NCBI GenBank assembly: GCA_040954595.2
Contig: CM082594.2
Coordinates: 3,085,319 to 3,149,318 of the forward strand
Length of the DNA: 64,000 bases
Source of the DNA: Balanoglossus misakiensis
Lineage: Eukaryota; Animalia; Hemichordata
Reading direction: 5' to 3'
The position numbers and the translations under genes were made by a program. Positions 49,399-61,600 of the stretch are shown piece after piece. Within the stretch, counting starts at the first letter, position 1. Every line of letters starts with the position of its first letter. The notes beneath the pieces are model-generated. The model ran no database searches. It saw nothing but the letters and a program-made list of their open reading frames with translations, and was not told the DNA's origin.

Positions 49399-52313
49399 AC
49401 ATGAACACCTAATTGATGCCCGACTGTGACTGCTTGATGTAATTTGAACACGATATGTATTAAACAGATGCTGCACCGATTTAATCAGCCTCCATACAAA
49501 CAGTACGCAGAGATGACAAAGTGATAAGGGATATATTTGAAGTATTTTATTGTGGGAAAAAGGGCTTTAAATAAGCACGATTATAATCACTATTATAATC
49601 GCATTTATAGACATGCTTCATAGTGATCAAGTTTTACAGTTTTCTATTATACGAAAGTGAGGTTTACAGCACTTTAGTCTCCGGGGGGAGACACTTTATG
49701 GAAGAGCAACTTCATTTTCCCGCCTTGACAATATTTGCAGTTTCCTATAGGGGGGGGAGTCAATACTAGGAACAGCCTTTTCCATTTTACAGCCGTGCCT
49801 TCAAGACAACGAGCTGGTTCATCTCCTCGAATTTTCAATTTTTCTTCGATTTTTCAGGCAAGTGCCAATTTCCTACCATTCATAAGGTTTTTGTAGAGAA
49901 TTGCATATAGCATTGGCGGTAAATGCTAAGGCTATTTTCTTTTTTACGAAGTAGTTGTCGGTATATATGTTTAATATTCAATATTTCATAGTAGCTTTCA
50001 TTTAACGCCGTTTCACAGTTTTGCATCCCGAGTTGTAATTACATTTTATGGTATAGTTTTACAAGCCCCACATTGATATATTACGGCGTCCGTTTTTACC
50101 TTTTTCCAAGGTTTTCATCTACGTGGTTTATTTTCATTTTACATTACATTACGCACTTTCTTATCTCAAATTTTGAGACTTGGTTATTACATCCAGACTT
50201 TTCATTGTACGAGTGCAACATGATACAAGTGAAGGTATCTTTACTCGCCAGAAATTATCGGGCGATACAAATGATAGTCTTTTTCATAGAAAAGACGTTT
50301 ACTTTTTATTTTAATTTGTCTCTGTCAGGATTTATTGTTGGGATCATTTATAAATCAGTGCTTGCATCTTTTCACGGTGCAATTCCCGCCTGACGGGTCA
50401 CATGATCAATTTTAACAGGTTTATTTTGCTACTTTGTTTGACTTTTCCCGCCGAACCATTACCTCGGGTCGTGACATTCTGGCAATTTTATCGTTACCCA
50501 TAGTGGTAGTAGTGAAGTGGTAAGTACGTATTTATTTACTCGTTTGTTCATTTAGTTGTTTATTATTTATTCATCTGTTTATTTTATCTAATCTGTTATT
50601 TTATTTATTTGTCCGTTTATGTCTTTTATATCCCTGCACCAGAATAGACCTGTACTGGTCATTTTGCTCTGTTTGTGGGAGATACAAAAACACGACACAA
50701 CCAGAATTGGCGAAAAATGGCCAAGAGATATTGACCCTTTATTGCAAAGTTAACAATGTGTAAAGATGATGAAAAATTCCTCGCCAGTTGCCTGCCTCAA
50801 TAAAACAGCAAAAACCTCAACAAGGTAGGTATAGGTCAAAGGTCAACTGGCGAGGAAAATTAACATAACACTAAACACTGTAAAATAGGTACATAAAGAA
50901 TCTCCCACAAAGGTGTGGGCCTAAAAACGCCTCTAACAACTACAATCCAATGCGACAATGAGATAAGTAAAGATACAAAGTCCATGTAAGCTCTAAAATA
51001 CATATACCTCCGTCCCATACGACCTAGGTAGGGGAGGTAGATGGGGAGGCGGTGGGAGTGAAAATTCGAGGAGATGAACCAGCTCGTTGTCTTGAAGGCA
51101 CGGCTGTAAAATGGAAAAGGCTGTTCCTAGTATTGACTCCCCCCCCCTATAGGAAACTGCAAATATTGTCAAGGCGGGAAAATGAAGTTGCTCTTCCATA
51201 AAGTGTCTCCCCCCGGAGACTAAAGTGCTGTAAACCTCACTTTCGTATAATAGAAAACTGTAAAACTTGATCACTATGAAGCATGTCTATAAATGCGATT
51301 ATAATAGTGATTATAATCGTGCTTTTATATCCCTGCACCAGAATAGACCTGTACTGGTCATTTTGCTCTGTTTGTGGGAGATACAAAAACACGACACAAC
51401 CAGAATTGGCGAAAAATGGCCAAGAGATATTGACCCTTTATTGCAAAGTTAACAATGTGTAAAGATGATGAAAAATTCCTCGCCAGTTGCCTGCCTCAAT
51501 AAAACAGCAAAAACCTCAACAAGGTAGGTATAGGTCAAAGGTCAACTGGCGAGGAAAATTAACATAACACTAAACACTGTAAAATAGGTACATAAAGAAT
51601 CTCCCACAAAGGTGTGGGCCTAAAAACGCCATAAGCCACACCCTGGTGTGGCCGCCCCACCCAAAATGACCAGACCACCCCAGGGAAGGACCCTAAAAAC
51701 ACCATCCCCTGCTCTTGATAGCCATAAGCCTAAAAATTGGTTACCAAGATGCTGGTTGCCTAATGTACCCCTTAAAAGCATCTGACCTCCACCTGCCTAA
51801 GGCACGTATCTGTGCATCAGACAAACCGTCTTTAGCAGCTTGAGAGGCTGCTCCTATCCTAAAGCTATGTCCCTTGAACCTGTCTACCTCAAAGCCGCAA
51901 AAAGTGAGCGAACGCCTAAGCTGTGCCGTGAAATCTCCCCGTCCTATGCCTAACGGCCCTGGCATGCAGAAAAGAGGGCCAGGCTCACTCCCCCTCAAAT
52001 GACTAAATTCCCACATGAACACCTAATTGATGCCCGACTGTGACTGCTTGATGTAATTTGAACACGATATGTATTAAACAGATGCTGCACCGATTTAATC
52101 AGCCTCCATACAAACAGTACGCAGAGATGACAAAGTGATAAGGGATATATTTGAAGTATTTTATTGTGGGAAAAAGGGCTTTAAATAAGACATAAACGGA
52201 CAAATAAATAAAATAACAGATTAGATAAAATAAACAGATGAATAAATAATAAACAACTAAATGAACAAACGAGTAAATAAATACGTACTTACCACTTCAC
52301 TACTACCACTATG
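49399..52313. mobile_element. Rearranged tyrosine-recombinase element remnant with two direct and two inverted repeat pairs
   Basis: Direct pairs: X 49399-49575 = 52013-52189; W 50623-50931 = 51322-51630. Inverted pairs: Y 49576-49837 / 51059-51321; Z 52190-52313 / 50499-50622. Confidence 0.75.
51741..52016 (-). pseudogene. C-terminal fragment of a DIRS/Ngaro-type tyrosine recombinase
   Basis: RG..PGPLF, GHSFRIGAAS (HxxR) and LGRWRSDAFKGYIR (catalytic W and Y). The N-terminal part is lost at the junction with repeat X. Confidence 0.88.
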
Positions 52314-52609
52314 ATGATCGTTGTGATTATTATGGAGACAGTTATAACGAAAGGTAATACCCAATCAGGTTGTTTATCGCCATGAAAGGGTTGTTGTGTA
52401 AGCTTACTCGATGGCGTTCCCGCGGTGGATGACACACATGCACCATATTCAGGGAAAAAAACATGGAAAAGTAGTGGATAATTCCGAGGTGACTTTCCAA
52501 AAATAATGCACCTGCTTCTTTCAACAAAGAAGGGAACACACCGAATTGTAGCTGATCATTTCCATGATCGGACGTCATATCCCATTATATCAATCGTGCA
52601 AATGATTTG

Positions 52610-55600
52610 CTACAGCTTTAAACTACTTATATCTGTAACATGAGAGTGTAGATGTACATGTATATGTTCCTTACGTTTTAGGCAGCCGAGGCGATTTATG
52701 ATTTACCTGTGATTTGGGTCCAGTCATCCGATGAGGTTTCCAGATGGCAATGCAGACAATCGTCAAACGGACTCTTCTCATTGTTTGCATAGCACTTTCC
52801 GTTAATCAAACAGGCATCGGTCTGTAGTCAATTTGATTTGTCAAAGACCGGCAAGAAAAGTATACATTAGGCACGGGAATTAAAAAAAAATATCATCAAA
52901 ATAACAAAAAAGAGATCTGAGAAATTACTGTTCAGGTGTTGAAGTTGTCATACAGCGAATACCAGTCTACGTTCATTCGGGTAGTTAGTTTGAAAACATT
53001 ACAGAGCAACACGATGAGGGACTACACAGCATTAATGCATATCTGATGAATGACAACTTTCAAGTGGACAATACCAATAAACTGCTTATGCTGTGCTCCC
53101 ACCATTAAAACATGACAAACAGAAAACATTGTGCTCCCATCCTTTAAGAAAGAGTCACGCATCACTCATGAAAATAACTTCCGGGCACGGCACAGATCGC
53201 GCGCAGGGGTCATAGAGTTCTGTCATACTATCATCTGCCTGTGCGTTGTTTAAAGTATACTTTAAATGCACACATTTGCGAGTGGGGGCTCATATGATCA
53301 CTTGATAAAATAAACAATATAAGATTCAGATATAAGATTCTAAACAAACATTTCCATTACCTTTCTGAGGCATCCGCCATCATAAGAGCAGTTGAAACAG
53401 AGCGAATCGTAAGTAATAACAAAGACTCGATTGCTCTCAATGAGACCATCATTGCTGATTGATATCTCCATGGCTTGTGTTGATTGGCTAGTCTCATCGA
53501 CAGATCTAACTTGTCTTCGTACACGGGGCAGCGGCAGATAACAGTAGGCTGTGTAAGCGCTCGCGAATTCGGCGGTTGTCTTCGTGAAAGATCCAGTTTC
53601 TGTCCACGAATCATTGGAAACCTGATACTGTTACCGAGAATAATATTTTGTTTAAGTGATTTGAGCCGAGAGAGAAGCACAAATATGTCACTTACGGAAT
53701 GTAAAACGAACGTTTATTTTTTTTATTGTTGATTTTAAAATGACTTTTGGTGGTATCGACTTGAACTCAATGAGGACAAATCGACAACAGTGTGAACATG
53801 ATTCAAGCGTGGTTATGGTAAATTAATTTAGTCGTACGGCCTATAAATAAGCATACGGTGACTGAGGATGTAGTTTTGTTGCTATATTTGAGGGACACAA
53901 TTGTAACCTTGATATACAAATTACAATACCTCAAGCTCATGAATGTGGCACGTCAAGGACTCTGAATTCAGTAAACCCGTAGCGGCAATGGTCAGTCTCT
54001 CACAGGGTCGTTTCCGTACATCACACGTGCTGCCACTTCGTATAGCCTCAACCTCTGGTGGTTTGCCGATCTCAATAGCACAGTCGATGGCGGTATAGCC
54101 GTCGTGACACAGACATGTCCCATTCGTGGTGCAGTTGCCATTACCTTTGCAGTTATTTGGACACACGGCATTGACTATTGACTTGGGGGGGAGCAAGCTC
54201 GCCGTCTTCGTTTGTCTCCCACAGACTTGCATTTTTACTGAACGTCGACACACAGACACTCTCCATTGTCACGCGGGCCGTATTGACAACATCCAGATCA
54301 TCCATAATCTAGTAAAATGTTTTACAGAAAACGACAATTATCATTTCCAGAATATTTATTCACGATTTTAATGCGAAACCTAGCAGAATGTATTTTCAAA
54401 ATACACAAAATGATTTTTTTTGTCTTTTGAAATATTTGAGGATACATGTAAACTGTTTTGAATGATTTCGCATACGTATATACACACCTTTTCAACTAAA
54501 AAAATCTACCAGCTTATTGTTATTTTGATTAATATTGTGTCACGGTTTGTTCTACTTGTAGAAAAATACATTTATGCTTATTACAACATGAACCATAAGC
54601 TCTGGGGGCATAGTTCCAATTTTCAGTAAGCAAATAAATATTGTAGCCAGCCAACAAGTGAATAAGAAACGTTGTATAAAAAGAGTCTAAGACGCGATTG
54701 AAGCTGTTTTTGGATGTATGGGGATGTGTGACATGGGAACAAAATCTTATATCGTTTCTCGCCATGTCTAAATAGTCGATATTTTAGCAAAATTTTCATA
54801 GATTAAAAGAGAACCACATTTTTATTTTAATACGGTTAGACTAAGAAAATATCGTACTATAAAGAAAGCGACAAGAGCAAATTCTGTAGGCTGGATCTAT
54901 CGTGCCGTGTTGTTTCATAATTTGTCATCAAACTTCTTATATATTCAATAGACTAACAGGGTAAATTTGTATTCTTTTCCAGATATTTAGTAGCGACGTA
55001 TAAAGAAGTTCTTGTGCCTACACTACTTACTAGAATGTCAAATATGCAGTCTTCAATAGTAACATCCGTAGCTTCTTTCGAAGTTTCTACCTCTTGACAT
55101 GCTTGTGCAATATTGGACTGATAGACAGCATCTGTGCATTTTTGAGTCGCCTCATTTTCAGTTATCCCGGAAGGGGTTGGCCATGTGAAGTTGTCTGGAT
55201 TAAACAACTCGTCCTGCTCTAGTATCTCGTACGCGTACGGGTCGTATTCATCATCATCACTATAATATGAGTCCTGTGTATCGCGTTTTTTCGCATGGTA
55301 TCGCAGGTATAGCGCGGTGCGTTGTCGGGGATATACTTCGTCATGGGTGCAGCAAATGTCTCTGGACAAATGCTACCATCTTCTGGGTTGTTAGCATCTT
55401 CGGGTAGGCACTTACACAGTGGGTAGAAATCCCTCATTGTATAGCCTGCCAATGGCGTGAACTTATCGGTGTAGAAGAGACTACTACCTTTATCCAGCCT
55501 TCAAAAACAAATCGTAAACATGAGATTTAAATAGTATTGTTATATTTCCTCCACATATGCAGTCTCCTTCATCAGAAACACCAGAACGTGGGAGATCAAC

Positions 55601-58600
55601 ATCATACCATCATGAAGTATATTACATTCATGATGCATGCTGAGATGTATGACAACTTGATTATTTCAATTTTAAAGTAATACAAAAATATATAGTCAAG
55701 CAATATTCCCTCTGCCCTCGCTTTAGCTTATGATGAGTATTTCTCAACTACTGATATACTGTAGAGCTTCCTACTCACAGGAAGGCATTCGAGTAAAACA
55801 TGTTATTTGTACACAAAAACTAGTACACAGATTCTCAGATAAATAGGTATGGTCATTTAAGAAGTCATATCATTGAATATTTGTGACAAAATATGACATG
55901 TTGTTTTACTCAAATGAATATTTACTTGTAATAATAAAAAAAAGATTTTGACAGATGAAGCGTAGAATCATTATTCTTGACACCATGTGCCACCAGCTAG
56001 CATTGATTCGATCAAAACGGCACGGTGGTAATTGTCATTTTGCTTTCCTTGTTTCTTGGACATGATAAACAGTTGACATTGAAAGATAATGATTACTGTA
56101 TCTGATTCCATGTCGTATTCAAGGCACGAACCTGTTCTCATATCTGCAAAGACATATCTCTCTATTGCGATAAAAGGCTATACAGAATGATACAAATGTA
56201 TTCGGCAATGATGAGATTACTTCCCTATTGTTCTCTGTAAATTTGTTCCGTGTATTTATATTCGTTTGAATGACTCTGCATTAACTATTATAGAGGATAT
56301 CAATAATGATTATATCTTACTTGTAAGATTGCGAAAACTCTTTGGCCATACAAGAATTTCTGAAAGGCCTACAAACACTCCTCAAAATATCGTTCCTCCC
56401 ACTGTCGAAATAGTCGAAATCGTTGGATGCATCTCCGTCGAAATAACCACACAACCCTTCAACTCTGTCATACATAGCTCCGTTCAGTTCCACGTAGACA
56501 CGGGGATACCTTACAACTTCAAATCGCACTAATTGTCCACTTGGCGTACTCACCTAGTTAAACAATCAAAGACCACTTGGAATATGATAAACGTACACGC
56601 GACTAACATACATTATCTTAGGTACATGTACCAGTGACTTGCAGAGTATAATAAAACGCCGAGGACCCCAGTTGACAAATATTTGGATGTATTTACAAAA
56701 TAAATCGTGATAGTGGTATAGATGATACAGTATATGCTATACGCTTGGTATGACTGCTTTCTATTAAATCACCCAGAATGTAATTTGATAAGCGCTATTC
56801 ACAAAGTCACGAAGAGTAAGGTCGGCAGCAAACATATTTAATCTGCCTGCATTGGGAAATTATAGAAGGGCGTTAATAAAATGTGAAAAAAATAAAGGGG
56901 ACCACGAATAGCTGCTTCTCCATCACCATCACCACTATATATTTCACTTTCATGTCAACAAGTTTTTAGTCATTGACCCACCAGTTGTGTAACTCTTTAA
57001 ACTATCGGGATTTAATTTCATTCATTTCAGTGTAATACCAGCGAAGTAGAAAGAAAATTAAACACACAAAAGTTCCCATATTGTCAGTCGTACATCAGCT
57101 TTGTTCGGCCGCTTGTCTGAGATCACATCAACGAGAACATCAATGCATCGTTACTGTAGCTATCATGGGCTTAGCCACTTTAAGATTCAATAATATCTTA
57201 AGAAGGATATACCCCAACCTCGACTTTTTTTATTGTTTCAGTTTATTGTTTCTACACTCTGTCAAACGAAAGATGCCTCACCCGAAATTCATTGCCATCT
57301 TGTGAGGTTGTTACAACGAATGCTGGGTTACAATCGTTAGGATCGGATATCCTCGTATCGATGAAACCATGGTTCCTACCGCAAGCATCTGCAATAGCTA
57401 CATCATTCCCTTCCCTCACAGCCACAGCACAATTACAGGACGGGTTCCAATACCTGTTACCACATGGTGTTAGGCGTACATGAACCTGTTTAAGACAAGA
57501 GGAATGATTGATTTATAATTTTTTTTTGTATAATACCTTCCCTCATGTGTAAACCTCGATTCAGATTCCATGAATTCCCAAGGTGATATAAATTTCGAAA
57601 ATTCTCATTTCGTTTAACCTAAACCCACATCATAAGATCATTAAAGCATCGTTACAGTGATAGGACAAGAACATTTTATAATTTGAAAGTGCTACAATCA
57701 AATAAAACCTATTTTGTGAGACTCGGGCAAGGATATGGATGTGTCCAACGCCATGTGACGCAAGGTAATGTGCGCCTCGGTAATCAACATCATAAACTAA
57801 GACTCATATTTTGCAAATGGCAACGTAAGGATACATCTCTCTTGAAACTGAGAATGAAAATTGATTGTGGGTCACCGTGCAAATAGTTTGAATGAAACAA
57901 CAAAATTGTATTAAATTTTCTTAAACTCGAAATTCAAAATGACTACCAATGTCTGTGTTATAGCTATGGAGAACGTTTCAAGTATATAGCGATTTTCATG
58001 AAAACAAAACGGCGCCCACCCAGATTTCTTTTTTACTTTCGAAACGATTTCACACGTGCTTTCATATAGCAACGAATTGAGATGTTTGGGAAATCTCGAG
58101 ATGTGCACTAGCGTCGATCGCAATGTGCATATGCTGTCACAGGCAGCAGTACATACTGTTGCCCTCATTGTCAGTCATCATGTGTATATTATCAACTTCA
58201 AGGTTAGAGGCTGACTCTGTTCACCTAGTAAGTGTACTTGCCGTGAGTGTGACAACATTATATTCTACGGTGACTTTCTGAATCCCAATTACGTCCACGT
58301 CTGACACATTATTATTATTATGAGTGGAAAAACATCAACACAGGCAATTATTTGCATGTAGAGATGCGTTGCCTAAACATGTGATTTTTTATGGCTAGAC
58401 TAACCTCAAAGTTACTGAAGGGCTCTCCTGCTTTTGCTTTTTCTCTAACCATAACATAGTCTCCAGTACCATACCAATCGTGATTTCTGCGAATAACGTG
58501 TGAGTCAGTGAGTGTGTAACATATATAAACAAAAACATACTCTCAATAATGAAACACGCAGTTAAATTTCTTAGTTAGTACAATAACAAAATTGTTGCAA

Positions 58601-61600
58601 CGACAAAAATCAAATGTTATTTACCTGACCCATTGAAAAGACATTATTAACCCAGTCTCGTTTTTTACAAATTTGAGATTATTTTAACAAAGCGGGTATA
58701 TTACTTACCTTCCATCAAACGTAATGTAATGTGGATCTCCCGTACCTGAACATATGCCTGATGTTGTGCCTTTGCGACGAACCTGAAAAAGGGATAAGTC
58801 CGATCGAAATAGTCATCCCTATGTAAACAACTGATGATCCCCATATTATTAAAGTTTGGTGTCCTTCTTTGAACACGTCACACTGTTATCTTATTGATCC
58901 CTATCGTCGTGTTTCTATATATATATATATATATAAAATAAACGCTGCACGGAGAGTCAAACCGCGCCCTGGCTTGGCGACATTGTCCCCCCAAACTGAA
59001 CTAGGCTTCCACCATTTTCACGAACCGCGGGTCATTTGAACCGATCGCGATGGCTATTTTTTGAAATCTCGTCTTCGCCGTGTTTCTGACAGCATCATGA
59101 GAGACTAGCCGACCGCGTCTTTGTGTTGTAGATTTTATTTGAAAATCTGGCGTGCCATGATTGGCACGACTTTAATTTACTTGATTGCAACAAACATGCG
59201 ACCTGAACACTGTCCGCAGCCAAGCAAAAGAAGGCTAAACTGGGTCTGTTTTGTTTCCTGATGAGTGAGTACCGTGACTCACGAAAGAGAGATTATACCG
59301 CCTATCGTTTTTCCAGCTACTCTCTATATTCTGCTCTACTTTAGTATTGAGCACTTTTTATCGGACCAGTCAAACCGCATATTTTGTGTATATATAATTA
59401 ATTACAGAAAAGTAAACCTACCGCAACGTGATCTGCAAGCCTGTATTGACGGAAGTAGACAGGGACAATTCGGTCGTTAATTGTGAATTCCAAGATGTGT
59501 TCCTCGTTGTCGTCGCTCTGTTCAGTAGGCCGCGAGACGATATCCACATATACTATTGTGCCAACTTCATAGTCGGGTGTAAATTCCACGACACAGTTCT
59601 TAACATGGATGTTCACGAATTTTTCTCTCATTGATTCAGTCATATCCAAACTGACTTCAACCTTGCATTCTTGGCTAAACTCACAGATTACTGGAATGGA
59701 GGACGAAATTGCAATACGTACTGGGTCGCCATTTTCCTTGACTTTCACGGATGTATTGTGAACCTGTTATGGAATGCATACCTTGCAGATGAATGATAAA
59801 CTGCCAACAAATAACGAATCACATGAAATTCCTGGAATATTCATCTTTACCTTTCATCATATGATAAAGGAAGAGAATGTCATCAGTATGATAGGGGAAA
59901 TGAGAATGATATTTAATAAGAAATCAGAAAGATTCCTCTCAGACTATCTTTTATATTATGATACAATAAAGTTTCATTCGAAAGATGACAATACCGACAT
60001 AACATTAAATTCCATACCTTTTTTGCATATAATTATTAGGAATTGATTACTCCAAAATTCTGGAGTGTTAGTAGAAATAGCCAAAAACAATTATTGGTAT
60101 GATTCGTTAAAGGGACAAAGTCTCTCTTTCGTTGCTTTTTTTCAATTAATTGTGTTTGATTCAAGACACCGTTGATGTTATTCTACATGTGGATATATAG
60201 TGAATCAACGTTCGACCACACACAACTTCCATCCCACTTGTAGACAGGAAAAACTCGCCAAAATGAATAATCAGTCTCTACTATTTATTCATTTTGGAGA
60301 GTTTTTTACTCATATATCCTACAAACGGGATGGAAGTTGTGTGTGGTCGAACGTTGATTCAATTTATTTCTACATGTAGAATAACATAAACGGTATCAAA
60401 CATAATTAATTGAAAAAGGGCAGCGAGAGAGAGACTATTTCCCTTTAATTTAGGCAACGAATATTTGATGATCCATTTCAAGGCATTAAATATTGATTTG
60501 TCATTCCGAGTTTCCCTTTCTACAAACATCTGTTGGAGAAGTGTTTTCTCGTTGCATTTGCCATCAGTGGACTAAGTACCGGGGAAATGATGTGGTAAAA
60601 CTTACCGTTATACCGGCATACAAGTTCAAGCTGCTTTTTTCTGGACTTCTCTCATCTTTTTCAGAGAAGGAAGATACCACAGAACATCTTATCTGTGTGA
60701 ATATAAAGAGTCTTCACCATTCTAGCAAATACTTTCAGACAGTGTGCTTATGTAAGTGACTTAAAATTATTAGTCTACCCTGTCCTGCCCTGCCCCATTC
60801 CCACTACTGGCTGCGCCTTGCTAAAAGGAAAGGGGTCAGGTACGGGCCGCCATCTTGGCCTAAAACCTGGCCCGCATGTTATAATGAAACAAATACCACG
60901 TGATCATAAGCAAGATGGATGCCTCCAATGTCCGTACGCCAATGAGAGCCATGTTTACGAAAGCCTGTGCCTGACCCTTTCCCTTTAGCGTAGCGCAGCC
61001 AGCGGTGAGAATGGGGCAGGGGACCAGACTATTAAAATTATAAGAATAAAAAGAAATATTTAAAGTATAAAACAAGCATATGCTTACTATCGTCGCTCAC
61101 AATATCACTCAATGTCTGCCTATGCAGTCACACCTCTTTATGAACCCTGTGTTTTACAATGTATGCAGTGCAACCTGACTACAATCAGCTGTCAATACTT
61201 CTTCTGCTTCCTAAATTAACCACATTCATCAAGTTGAACATTTGGCTGGATGTGCGCAACTGAATTTCGGATTTGTGTTCAATAGAATACATACAAAGAA
61301 ATGGCTCTGAATTTGTTACGTGCTTCTGCTGTCACGTCTAAGGGTAAATGATTTCAGTGTTTGCTAGGACTGGGAAAAACGATCATTTCCTGTAGTCTGT
61401 CTTTGTCATGAAAACTTGATACGATTTATAATCCATATGTCTGGTGTTTGTATATTTGAAAATATTTCCGGATCCCATACTGTATAGTGGAAGCGTAATC
61501 CCAACGTAGGTCTAACAAGGTCTTTGCAGGCCTTTGAGTATTTTCCCGTCTACTTTGTAATCATAAGTAACAACCGAAAGCACCGAGCACGTGTCAGGAT

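Noticed and set aside
51741-52022. Bacterial or phage integrase contamination
   Set aside because: HSFRIGAA and LGRW.S motifs are typical of eukaryotic DIRS/Ngaro recombinases, and the context is intron-rich animal DNA.
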